Part shown: positions 12,755-24,143 of the stretch, piece after piece | How positions within the stretch are numbered: the stretch's first letter is position 1 | Layout of the letters: each line of letters begins with the position of its first letter | Assembly: GCF_001194135.2 (NCBI RefSeq) | Contig: NC_068998.1 | Location: 28,042,409 to 28,106,408 of the forward strand | Origin: Octopus bimaculoides | Lineage: Eukaryota | Length of the DNA stretch: 64,000 bases | Direction of reading: 5' to 3' | The notes under the pieces: generated by a model | Seen by the model: the letters and a program-made list of their open reading frames with translations, nothing else | Told to the model about the DNA's origin: nothing | Databases searched by the model: none | Program-made: the position numbers and the translations under genes

Positions 12755-13460
12755 TCTATCACTCTTTCTGCCTCTCTCATTTCCCTCTCAGTGTTTTTCT
12801 CTCTCTCTTCTTTTCTTTCTTCCTCTCTCTCATTTCCCTCTCAGTGTTTTTCTCTCTCTCTTCTTTTCTTTCTNNNNNNNNNNCTCTCTTCTTTTCTTTC
12901 TTCCTCTCTCTCATTTCCCTCTCAGTGTTTTTCTCTCTCTCTTCTTTTCTTTCTTCCTCTCTCTCATTTCCCTCTCAGTGTTTTTTCTCTCTCTCTTCTT
13001 TTTTTTCTTCCTCTCTCATTTCCCTCAGTGTTTTTCTCTCTCTTCTTTTCTTTCTTTTTGCATTTGCCTTCAATTTCCCCTCTCTTTTTATTCTTCTTTC
13101 TCTGTCTCTCTCTGCCTCTCATCATTAGTTTACTCCTCTTTCTCCCTCTCTAGTTTTCTTTCTCTTTTCCTTTTGCTTTGATCTCCTCTGTCTATTCCTG
13201 TTTCTCTCATTCTCTCTACTCGTTCTCTTTCTCTCTTAACCTATGTCTCTTCAATGTATTTCTTTTCTCTCTTTCTAGATTTTCTTTTTCTCTCTTAACC
13301 TTGGTTTCCTTTCTCTATTTCTCTCTCACTTTCTAAATTTTCTTTCTTTTCTCTCTTAACCTTGATCTCTTCTCTCTTTCTTTTCTTTATCTCTTTTAGC
13401 CTTGGCTCCCCCTCTCTCTTTCTATTTCTTATCTCTCTGTTTCTATGTCATATTTTCTTT
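12755..13460. repeat. CT-rich polypyrimidine region with a ~54-bp tandem unit (ttccctctcagtgtttttctctctctcttcttttctttcttcctctctctcat)
   Basis: about 5 recognisable units at 12780-13040; 10-N gap at 12874-12883. Confidence 0.85.
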
Positions 13461-14879
13461 TTCTCTATTTCAATTACCTTTTTTTTATTCCTCTTTTCTC
13501 TTCGTCTTTCACTTTCAATTACGTTTGCACTTACCCCTACTCTCTATTTACCTTTCTATCTATCAGTTCTTTAACTTTATTCCCTCTTGCCGTTGTCTCT
13601 TACTTTCTCCGTCTCTTTTCCGAACTGGTTGCTACTGGTGAAGTCACAAGGCAAGCATATATTTTGGACAGCAGCTTGACCACATTTTAAATTTTCTTGA
13701 ACCTTCCAGTGACTCATTTGTTTTAAATTTTTACTGTAGTAGTATAAGAAAGAAGGAAGAAAAAGTTATTAATATCGAACTATGATGCCCATCAAGAATA
13801 AGTTCGATTGGGACTGAGGCGATTGACTTAATTTGAGTAGTTTTTAGTGACAATATCTATCTTAACCAAGAATCACCTCATGACGTGTATGACAGCACGT
13901 CAGTATTCATTGTGTAAACGAGCAATAAATGGATAGATCGCTCGTCTGGAATATTCAAACGAAGAATAATTGGTATGTTTTACACTTGATTTAATCTGTA
14001 GAACAGGAAACATACTTCGCTGTCTTCCTCCGCTTCTCTCTCTCTTCTTCCCCACTCCTCCTTTTTCGAAAGCTAATAAATATCTTTTTCTTGGTTTACA
14101 AAAGTACACAGTAGACAGCTGGCTTCCACGGCAATTCATATTGGCATTTACAAGAACTTTACTGTATTGTTCCACTTATAGCACATGTTCTAAAAGGTGA
14201 AAATATATGAAGGTTTTGATTTTATATGCTAATTGTCTTATTACATACCAAGCGTAATAGGACAAATAACATGTAATCAATAATTTAATTTTACAAAAAC
14301 CTAAGAAATCTTAGTGCTAATAGTGCATAGGCTTAAAGAAGACGTCAGGGTGGAACTGAAGATGATAAAATAGTTATTCTTGATGGAGATGACACTGATT
14401 TGCATCTCATTAGGTTGAAAAACTGTGATGCATCAACTAACAAGAGTGGTGCATCAGGCTTCAGATGAACTAAGATGGTAGCATCAGCTAAGGCCTTCTT
14501 GATTTTATTTAAAGCCGCAGACTGTACCGTGACGAGTGATAGGCTGGTGTTTTTTTATGCAATGTCGGAGAGCATCTGTAAGGGGTTACATAAGTTCCCC
14601 TGGAAGCCTATTGTTTACCTGAACACTTCATACAGCACTTTTGCAGGAATATTTAGTACCCATATCAAATATTGTACATGATATGACTTGATGCACAGAC
14701 CAAATAAATATCTACTAGACAGTATTTTCAAATGATTAATAAATAAAGCATATTTGAACTAAAAAATACAAGTACCTGTTCATGTTTGTGTAGGTCTGTG
14801 TGTGTGAGCAAATATGCATAGTAGAAATATGAACATGGTGAATTTAACTATTTCTCTGTAGACTGAAAAATTGAACAGC

Positions 14880-14979
14880 CTTAATCGCTATTCAGATAGT
14901 ATTGTGTTCTCATCAGAGGTGGCTACATTATTTGACCAATTATAATATTTTTATCTGCGTCCACTTTAGTAGGATTTTC

Positions 14980-15020
<41 letters not shown>
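14880..15020 (-). mobile_element. Left (reverse) arm of a second hammerhead-like inverted element, ending in (CA)n
   Basis: reverse-complement homology to 17025-17200; minus strand gtagccacct-CTGATGA-ga...gatta-aggctgt. Confidence 0.55.
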
Positions 15021-15022
<2 letters not shown>

Positions 15023-15054
15023 TGATGATGATGATGGAGGTACATATATATATA

Positions 15055-15345
15055 TCATCATCATCATTCAATGTCCGTTTTCTATACTGGCATAATGGTT
15101 TGACTGAAAACGGATAAGCTGGGGAGCTGCACCAGGTTTCAATCTGATTTGGTAAGGTTTCTACAGCTGGGTGCCCTTCCTAACACCAACCACTCCAAGA
15201 GCGTAATGGATGCTTTTTACATGCCACCAGCTTGGGTGTCAGTTAGAAAACACTGGCATCAGCCACGGCAACAATCTCATTTGATTTGGCAGGTCTTCAC
15301 AAGCACGGTGTTCTGCCAAAGGTCTCAGTCACTTGTCGCTGTAGT
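15055..15345 (-). mobile_element. RTE LINE 3' tail
   Basis: (cat)n end plus the recurrent tail motif. Confidence 0.75.
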
Positions 15346-15693
15346 TTAGTTAATTCAAAAGTCTAAATGGGAAATATTGTTTCTTGTTTTTCCTTTTTCC
15401 TTGTATTTTGTATTCATTGCCTTGATCTTTCTGTCCCAGTTAAAAAAGCAGTTTTTAGTTTTTAAAACCAAAAGAAAGGCAATCACAATAAAATGTTAAC
15501 AATATATCAACATTATTATTTCTTTAATTTTGAAAATAGCATTGGCTTCTACATGCTTAGATTTACATTCTTTGTCAGTTTTCTAAAATTTGGTTTAAAG
15601 TAACTAACAATTTCCTATTGTCATAACTTTTTCTCATCATTTTCTACTATTATTGGTTGTTCGTAAAATGTCCACTGCTGCTTTGTTTCCCTT

Positions 15694-15955
15694 CATCATC
15701 ATCATCATCATCGTTTAACGTCCGTTTTCCATGCTGGCATGGGTTGGACGGTTCAACCGGGGTCTGGGAAGCCAGGAGGCTGCACCAGGCTCCAGTCTGA
15801 TCTGGCAGTGTTTCTACAGCTGGATGCCCTTCCTAACACCAACCACTCCTACAGTGTAGTGGGTGCTTTTTACGTGCCACTGGCTCGGAAGCCAGTCAAG
15901 GTGGCACTGGCATCGGCCACATTCGGATGGAGCTTTTTACGTGTCACTACAATTT
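15694..15955 (-). mobile_element. RTE LINE 3' tail
   Basis: (cat)n-cgtttaacgtccgttttccatgctggcatgggttggacgg...cttcctaacaccaaccactcc. Confidence 0.8.
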
Positions 15956-15989
15956 CCATTTGATTGTGATTTGATTTGATTTTGATTTT

Positions 15990-16960
15990 GATACCTGGAG
16001 GGGAGTGTGATGTGTTTGCCGTCCTACTTACTAGCACTTTGGTCTTTGCAACATTGACTCTAAAGGCCCTTTGATTCTAAACCTTGCCTCCACACCTGAA
16101 ATTTCTTCTCTAGTTCTGGTAGTGATTCTGCTGAGGGCAAGGTCATCAGCATAGAGGAGCTCCGAGGGGCATTCTGTCTTAAATTCCTCTGTTATTGCCT
16201 GGAGGACTATGATGAATAAGAGGGGGCTGATTCTTGATGGACCCCTACTTCTACCCGGAATTCTTCATTATACTCATTGCCAACCCTAACCTTACTAACG
16301 GCATCTCTGTATAGGGCCTGTACAGCCCTTATTAACCATTTGTCAATCCCCAGTTTCCGCATTGCCCACCAGATAAGGGATCTGGAGACCCTGTCAAAGG
16401 CTTACTCCAAGTCCACAAAAGCCAAGTATAGGGGTTTATCTTTGGTTAGGTATTTCTCCTGAAGTTACCGTACCAGGAATATAGCATCAGTGGTGCTTCT
16501 ACCTGGCACAAAATCGAACTACATCTCATCTAAGCATACTCTCTCCCTAATTAGTTGGGCTATGACCCTCTCCATTATCTTCATCACCTGATCCAGCAGT
16601 TTGATACCCCTGTAGTTATTTCTATCTAAAGCATCACCTTTACCCTTGTAACACTTGACTATGTTGCTGCTATGCCAGTCATTGGATATGACTCCATCAT
16701 GAACTACCTGGTTTACAGGTGACTAGGCCATAGCCCACACCACCAGATGTTTTAAGCATCTCAGCAGTGATTCCTGATGGGTCGGGGGCTTTTCCTGGCT
16801 TCATACCCCTAATTGCTTTATCTACCTGGGTGCTGTCTATTCGGATAGCTGGTCCTTCAACTGGATCAACATTTGGCAGGCTCTCCTCCTCCCATTCATT
16901 CTCCACGTTCAGCAGTCTTTCATAATGGCTTCCCCAAGCCTCTTTCTTTCCAGCTACCTT
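15990..16960 (-). mobile_element. RTE-clade LINE reverse transcriptase fragment (pseudogenised)
   Basis: LLNVENEWEEESLP...KAIRGMKPGKAP.PSGITAEMLK...YKGKGDALDRNNYRGIKLLDQVMK...STTDAIF...YLAFVDLE*AFDRV. Confidence 0.88.
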
Positions 16961-17024
16961 CTATGTCCGAGGTCTAGCTCCTCCTCCCTCTCATATATAT
17001 AGACAGACAGACAGACATGATGAT

Positions 17025-17200
17025 GGTGTGTGAAGAAAATTCCATGAAAGTGGATGTAGATAAAGATATCATCATGATTGGTCAAATGACGTAGACACCT
17101 CTGATGAGAGCCCAATAAGGCCTGGAACTCAATGAAAGGTTGTCTATCATTTTTACAATACACAATAACATTGTTAAATTTACTGTTTCTATGTCAACTA
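17025..17200 (+). mobile_element. Right (forward) arm of the second hammerhead-like inverted element
   Basis: GTAGACACCT-CTGATGA-GAGCC caataa GGC..-GAAC...AGGTTGTCTAT (17091-17147); helix I complementarity retained. Confidence 0.6.
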
Positions 17201-17239
17201 TATAGGTTTACATATATATTATATCATACCTTGATACTG

Positions 17240-17890
17240 TATGGACTGAGATTCTCCCTAACTGTGGAAGGCACCTGTGGAAGAGGTAGACCCAGGAAGA
17301 CATTGGATGAGGTGGTAAAGCATGACCTTCGAACGTTGGGCCTCACAGAAGCAATGACAGGAGATCAAGACCTTTGGATATATACTGTGATTGAGAAGGC
17401 CTAGCAACTAAAGTGAGATAACAGCCATGGCTGATACCAATGCTGCATGTCCAGCCCATTTAATTGTACCTTTGATGCATCAGGCGATATGATATGCTTG
17501 AGAAGACCTGCTGAGTCAAGTAAAACCAAAATCGCCGCTGTGGCCAGTGCTCCCTGACTGGCTCCCGTGCCAGTGGCATGTAAAAAGCACCATCTGAATG
17601 TGGTCGATACCAGTGTCCTCTGACTGGCTCCCATGCAGGTGGCATGTAAAAAGTACTATCCAAATGTGATTGATGCCAGAGCCACCTGACTGGCTCCTGT
17701 GCCAGTGGCATGTAAAAAGCACCCACTACACTGTAGGAGTGGTTGGTGTTAGGAAGAGCATCAAGCTGTAGAAACATTGCCAGATCAGATTGGAGCCTGG
17801 TGCAGCCGCTGGCTTTCCAGACCTCAGTCAAACCGTCCAACCCATCCCAGCATGGAAAACATGTTAAACAATGATTATGATGGTGATGAA
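17240..17890 (+). mobile_element. 5'-truncated RTE LINE: ORF end, 3'UTR with 66-bp tandem units, (gat)n-like tail
   Basis: LTVEGTCGRGRPRKTLDEVVKHDLRTLGLTEAMT; ctgactggctcc at 17554, 17620 and 17686. Confidence 0.88.
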
Positions 17891-18154
17891 GTAACAATTG
17901 AAGGACAGGTGTCAATTCATTACAACCATTTCTAACATATTTTTTAATTGGTTAAAAAAAAACCATTGTCTTCAAATGAATACATGAATTTTACAATCAA
18001 GGACATTTAACATAATTTAAAATAATTCAAAATCCACAGCAACATACATATTCAATGATTCTGTCACTAGTTCAGTTGCAGTCAACATATATATATTAAT
18101 ACTGCTTCTGTTACTAAGATATATTTTGTAAGAACCTGACTGACTACTTGTATA

Positions 18155-18497
18155 GGCACATGCATGACTGTGATAAAAAGTTTGCTTCTCAACCACGTTT
18201 CTGGGTTCAGTCTTACTGTGTGGCACCTCTCAGACCAACCAAAGCCTTGTGAATGGATTTAGTAGATGGAAATTAAAAGAAGCCATTGTATATATATGTG
18301 TGTGTGTGTGTCTTTGTGTTTGTGTTTGTTCCCCACCACTACTTGACCACTGGTATTGGTGTGTTTACATCCCTGCAACTTAGTGGTTCAGCAAAAGTGA
18401 CCAATAAAATAAGTACTGGGACTGATAAGTTCGACTAAAAATTCCTCAAGGCAGTGCCCCAACATGGCCACAGTCTAATGACTGAAAGAAGTAAAGG
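18155..18497 (+). mobile_element. tRNA-derived SINE (27301 family) with an internal deletion
   Basis: head, ccaaagccttgtgaatggattt core, (TA)/(TG) tract and tail ccaacatggccacagtctaatgactgaaa. Confidence 0.8.
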
Positions 18498-18599
18498 AAT
18501 ATATATATACATGTGTGTATACTAGCTGCTGAACCCAGTGTTGCTCATGTTTTCTGTGTTGAAGTTAAGCCAACCTCTCAACTTGTATTGATGTGGGTT

Positions 18600-18965
18600 A
18601 CAAAGCTTCCTGGATATAATTCCACCTACTTTCAGCAGAGGAGGACGGGCAGCTACTGAGGACAGCCTTGATAGAAAAAGCAAAACATTTCTGCAGTGTA
18701 GGGTCTGAGATTCTGGCAGTGTTAATGTATGGTAGGCCCCTTTTCTTGGAGTGATGGACTTTTTTAGGCAGAATCCCCACCCTGCTACTTATTAGTGAAT
18801 GATCTGTGTCACAATCCGCACTGTGGTAACTACGGGTCAGTTGGATAGAATTCAGAAAGGATCTTCGTGTGATGACAAGATCCAACTGATGCTAGAGTTG
18901 AGATCTTGGATGTCTCCAAGATGCCTTGTTGGCAAAGAATGTGTTGGTGATGCACAGATTATGGT
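18600..18965 (-). mobile_element. RTE LINE AP-endonuclease C-terminal fragment
   Basis: LCITNTFFANK...SWRHPRS...LDLVITRRSFLNSIQLTRSYHSADCDTDHSLI. Confidence 0.8.
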
Positions 18966-18978
18966 ATGTGCAAAATTT

Positions 18979-19021
<43 letters not shown>

Positions 19022-19082
19022 ATCATCTAGTTTCAGCTATGAGCTGTGGCCATGCCATTTGGTGTTGCTACATAATTTTACT

Positions 19083-19394
19083 TCATGAATGCTTTTTAGG
19101 AATTGACATTTGGTGCATGAGGGAGTTTGATGCCGCTGCCCTCATCTGCACCTCCTGCCATGAAGTTGGCTCATCTGGGACACTTGAAAGTAAGAGGTCC
19201 AGCTTTATTTTGAAGACACCTACATCCACCCCATGTAGGTCTCTCAGGTTCTTCGGGAGGATATTGAAGAGCTGTGGACCTCTGAAGCCCAGGCTCTTGC
19301 AGTATCTTGTCCAACATCTTGATGGCAAATTTGGAGTCTTTGGCATTATGCAGTGGCACCCAGTTCTAGTATTTGTGTAACTCTTGTGTAACAT
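19083..19394 (-). mobile_element. LINE (CR1/L2/Jockey group) ORF2 C-terminal end
   Basis: RGPQLFNILPKNLRDLHGVDVGVFKIKLDLLLSSVPDEP...RAAASNSL is typical of non-LTR RT C-termini. Confidence 0.7.
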
Positions 19395-19419
19395 TTTAAG
19401 AGAATGTGATGACTACATA

Positions 19420-19807
19420 TATGATGAAGGGAACGTTAGAAACTCTATTTATCAATGTAAAATTACTTCCGGTTCTGATGTCTTTTTTTAATATGAGTAA
19501 TTCTTCATCTTAGTTGTCCAAAAGAATTTCTAATCATTACTCTACATTTAAACATATCAATAAATGTAACAATACTGGGTTTAGTAAATTAATTTGGTAT
19601 CTAAAGGATCATAATAAACAATATGATTTGGAATGGTATATTCTATCTAAATCATTTCCGTATGACAAAGGTAAATCTTTCTGTCCGCTTTGTAACGATG
19701 AAATGTATTTCATCTTGTTCTCAGAGAATCCTCTTGTAAACACATTTAAAGAACACGTTTATTGTTGCAAACATTGGCAAAAACATACCTTTAGTTCCTA
19801 TAAGTGA
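19420..19807 (+). mobile_element. Penelope-like element GIY-YIG endonuclease C-terminal fragment (frameshifted)
   Basis: NSIYQCKITS...SKRISNHYSTFKH...NTGFSKLIWYLKD...WYILSKSFPYDKGKSFCPLCNDE...NT..E.VYCCKH* matches PLE endonuclease C-termini. Confidence 0.75.
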
Positions 19808-20083
19808 TTTCTACCATTCTATAAACTTCTTACATTTCACTTCCACTATATATATCTACTTCCAAGCCTTTAAGATTTATTCCTAATTTTTTACAAAAAA
19901 GGGTTCCTTATACACATTAAAATACGGTACTTATGACCTATTACTTTCTTGGTGCTGGTAGATACCAGTATGCCATGCTGACAATGCTGAATCTCATCCA
20001 GTCAACCAAAGATAGGCAACACTGAGCCTAGTTAGTACATAAATGCCTGCCCCTTTAAGTGCTCGAATCATCTTTCAGTTTGG

Positions 20084-20420
20084 GCAATGGATTGGCAAAG
20101 TCATTAGAGTGTTGGTGAAAATGTACTTAGTTACAGCACCTTACGTTTTGAGTTCAAATGCCACAGAGACTAACTTTGTCTTTCATCCTTCTGAGATCAA
20201 TTTAAGTTGATTAATTAAACTGAGGTTGGTTTAATTAGCTATGCCCTCCCCCAAATTGCAGCATTTAGTTAGAACTCATTTCTTTTTCAGCTCAAACACT
20301 ACTAAGGTCAGCTTCACCTTTCATTCTTCCAAGGTTGATGAAATAAATTGTCAAATAAGGAAGTTGGTTTACGCATTTTGTTGTTATTCCCCAAAATTTA
20401 TGGCCTGATATCAACATTGG
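20084..20420 (+). mobile_element. CORE-like tRNA SINE, two partial units
   Basis: gagttcaaat B box plus ctttcatcctt...tcaat core shared with 40293, 51900, 53355 and 60555. Confidence 0.55.
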
Positions 20421-20649
20421 AAATTAATGTTTTGCAAAGCATAACTATGCCACATATTAGAATGATGTATAAAACAATATTAAATTTACTAAAGTAACAA
20501 AAAGGAGCAATCACCTGGTAAGGAGTTCATGGGTGGATATTCATTGTTTTGGGGTTTAAAGGTCGAAGAATAGTGTTAACAAAATAAATGAAATAAGCTA
20601 CAGCTGGAATTGAAAAGGGGTCAGAGAACTGATTTGCTAGATTTACGTG

Positions 20650-20880
20650 CTGGTGACAAGTAACAAGCAACACCCAAACGTGGTCAGTGCCAGTGCCGTC
20701 TGACTGGCTCGTGTGCCAGCGGCACATAAAAAGTACCATCTGAACGTGGTTGATACCAGTGCTGCCTGACTGGTTCCCATGCTGGTGGCACATAAAAAGC
20801 ACCCACTACACTCTCGGAGTGGTTAGCGTTAGGAAGGGCATCCAGCTGTAGAAACCTTGCCAGATCAGATTGGAGCCTAA
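20650..20880 (+). mobile_element. RTE 3'UTR fragment with two 66-bp units
   Basis: ctggc/ctggt unit starts at 20704 and 20770; cccactacactctcggagtggtt tail. Confidence 0.8.
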
Positions 20881-21649
20881 GATAGATTTAAGACATTCCA
20901 CCTGCAACCATTTAATCTTTTTACAGATATTTATGGCTACATTATCTAATTTGTCCTTTATTTTTAAGTCAGTAAGTGTGATCTGAAGATTTGGTTGCTA
21001 TCTCTAGCATTTCAAGTGATCATGTAGAAACTCTCTCATTGTGATGAAGATGCTTACATTTTCCAATTTTGATATATTTGTATTTATTATCAATGTCACT
21101 TTATGATTAAATTTCATGCCTGATTTGTTCCATTTGATGTGTTTTGTTCTGGTTCTTGCTAATGCATCCATCAATAATATATTCAAGGTGAATTTAATTC
21201 ATGTAATTGCAGTTATATGGAGTCTATTTATTTTTACTAAGTGTTCTGTATTCTGAAATTCTTCCCCTATTGTTCTGTTGCTTGCTCTACTAACTTGTTT
21301 GTTTTATTTATTAACAATTAGTGTTTGTTTTATTCTGTAGATTTCATTTTGTAGTGCATCGTTTTGTGAAGGAAAATCTAGATATTCTTCTGAATAGATA
21401 TTTTAGAACAGACATGTAATTATGTGGACATTCACTGTCTTCGGCACTTACAGTCATTTGTTAGTGTCTTTCTTATGAAAGGACATAACATACCTACTGT
21501 TCTTTCTCTCTATATTAATGTTTAAACATTGAAGTGTAGTGTCATTTGGATTTGTACTCATTCTCTGACATGGTTTCTTTGGCTGGTTGCCATAGAAACC
21601 ACTTTATAGAGTGTATTGAGTGCTTTTTACATGACATCAGCAGCAAGCA

Positions 21650-22200
21650 GTGTGGCCACCAAATAACTAACAAGGCAAGGTCCCTCTACTGAGCAGGGAA
21701 TACTGTTGAAGGTAGTGACTTCGTGCTAGGTTATAAGAGATTAGAGTATGATGGAGAGATAGAAGCAAGTGTCTTGCTGTAGAAGAGATACAAGGCCGCC
21801 TCAGTTGGTAAAGAGAGTGATGATGGTAAAAATGTGTCATGATGTACCCTTAATTTATAGGGAAGCGTGTATAAGTGAAATGATGCAGAGGACTGGAATG
21901 CAGTGAGTACTGAACACAGGTGGAGGGAGCTGGTGTTAAGAAGATGAGTTGTGGGCAAGGGATTCATCAAGAACAGATTGTGTAGGGGCACAGACATAAA
22001 TGGGATACCTTTAGGGCTCCGTTTTTGCTTAGATGGATGGGTCGACTCAAGCACAGCAAATTGGCAGTCTTTCTTGGTTGTTTGTCATCTCTTGTAAGGC
22101 TCAACATCTGGAGGTTAAAATGTTGTTGTTTTGTCCTACATCTTCCCAAGTCTTCCTCTTCCAGTTTCCATCTACATTTAGTGATTGACACTTCTTTATG
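21650..22200 (-). mobile_element. Possible decayed CR1/L2-like LINE 3' remnant
   Basis: GC-richer block with weak similarity to LINE C-terminal ends; not firmly assignable. Confidence 0.25.
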
Positions 22201-22319
22201 CAGCTTGGTGACAGGTTTACATACATATGAATAAGGCAGCTGTCCTTATCCTTATGTATCACATGGCCATACCAGCACACTCCACCTGATGATTCTTATG
22301 CAAACTAGGATAGCTGATT

Positions 22320-22800
22320 CTTCTGTTAAGTCCATGTTGGAAGACCCCCCGTTTTCCCATGTATTCTCCACATTTAATAGCCTTTCATAGCAGCACTTCC
22401 ATGCCTCTTTATTTTTTCAGAATCACTAAGCACAAGTGTACCAATATCCATCTACACACACTTCTTACCCATATCTTAATTCTTTCTAATACATTGTCTT
22501 GCTACCTGGAACACCTCACACTGTAGAACATTAGCAAACCAATTTCCTGTTTCTTCTTTTACTATGTAAGCCTTAGACCTAGCTTATCTTCTAGCTATCT
22601 GATAAAATTCTCTCCTGCTTCTATTTTACCAGTCTTTCCAAGCCTGTGTCTTTACCTTTATGGTTCTGTCTACTTCACTGTTCCACCACAATGTTACCCT
22701 TGGTTTGGTTGGAACTTTGCATCAACCACAGATTTAGTCTGTTGCCCACAGTAGGTTGTCCCAAAGGAACTTCCTGTTCTTTTCTACATTACATGTCGCA
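22320..22800 (-). mobile_element. Decayed RTE LINE fragment
   Basis: KEAWKCCYERLLNVENTWE, homologous to the 16900-16950 segment. Confidence 0.5.
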
Positions 22801-23766
22801 ATTAGTTATAGCTTTATTTTATAGCTCAGTAAGCCAATATTTTGGAAGACTTTGCATAATGTGAAAAAAACAAATGGCTAATAGAATTACAATCACAATG
22901 ATAAAATGTTTGATTCTATTTATTTAATTTTTGAAAAGACAATGTCACTTTCTATTGTTGTTTGCTCTGTACTGACCCAGCAGGTTTATCATCAGAAGTA
23001 TTTCATTAATGGCCATTCTATTTTTTGACTTTATTTTTAGATGCCATGTATCTAGGATTGCACTTTTCAATGTGACATTCCTTTTCAGACAACAGGATGA
23101 AAGCTCAGAGAAAACATGATTGCTATTTGTGGCCTGTCAAGTAAATATGTAGAGTCTCATTTGTTTCTGTTATTGTTCATATTTGTAAATGAATGCTTCT
23201 TAATGTTCCTTTTGCTATTTTATTGCTGCTAGAATTCTTTCTATGTTATTGCCATTCATGCAGTTGTCATTGCTTTTGTCACTCATCTCACTGGTAGACA
23301 GAACAGTGTCTCTTGTTAGCTGTGATAACACATCTCTCAGGTTGTCTCTTCATTCAGTGGACTAAAAAGAGACATGTATGTTATACTTAGCAACTTGATA
23401 TAATCTATGGTGGCTGATATCACAACTGACAAATAATGCTTCTTTCGTCAATTCCAACTCAATTTTTAATGTTGTGTTTATGTTAAGATGGTGAGAAAAC
23501 TGGAAAATTTAAAACAATCTAAGAAAAATGAATTACTGTGTTTTGTCTATAAACAAAACACAATGGCAATACAGTGATTTGAGTTCATTAACTTTGGGTC
23601 TGTTTCAAGAAAGAAAAATCCTGTTTCAATTTGCAGGTCTCTCCAACTCATTTTAACATATCTGTATTAACATTCATATATTCATATAAATATGCTACAT
23701 AAAAAAAAAATGGAAAAAAAAAAGATTAAAAAAAAACAAAATACCAAAATAAATGAAATATTAAAT

Positions 23767-23772
23767 TTTATT
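23767..23772 (-). terminator. Probable ACO1 polyadenylation signal (AATAAA)
   Basis: AATAAA about 370 nt after the stop codon, followed on the minus strand by U-rich tracts (23701-23760); a second AATAAA lies at 24024-24029. Confidence 0.5.
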
Positions 23773-24143
23773 AAAAAGTAGTCAGAGACCGGGATGTTGA
23801 ATACTATCCATACATTGATCCTTCTGATAGCTAAAACATCAGCCTTAGACAGGATTTTTCTAGATGACCAATGTATTGATTACTGTATGTAGATATAATA
23901 TTTTAAACAGTAGCATCAATAATGGCAACCTTCCTAACTGTAAACCAGTGTTAGTGAGTCTACTTAAGCATAACAAACATATTACTAATGTTACCCCCTC
24001 AATAAAGGACAGGTGTGGATTAATTTATTTAAATCTCAGAAGGCACTCGACTATCTATTACTGCTCACAAAGCAGTTTTTGAAGTAGTAATTGCTTCAAT
24101 GAGATCCAGTAGAAATAAATGTCTCTATCCTTTCGAGTCAACA

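Noticed and set aside
12614-13690. Longest ORFs in the track (179-186 aa, F/L/S-rich)
   Set aside because: Artefacts of CT-rich low-complexity repeat lacking stop codons; they span an N gap.
19975-20020. ctgacaa...cagtca downstream of the PLE endonuclease fragment as its pLTR hammerhead
   Set aside because: Too degenerate: no GAAA or NUH in register.
23750-24143. Iron-responsive element in the ACO1 3'UTR or the candidate UTR exons
   Set aside because: No CAGUGH loop with a pairing 5-bp stem and C bulge was found; the CAGTGG near 10495 (minus strand) has no stem.
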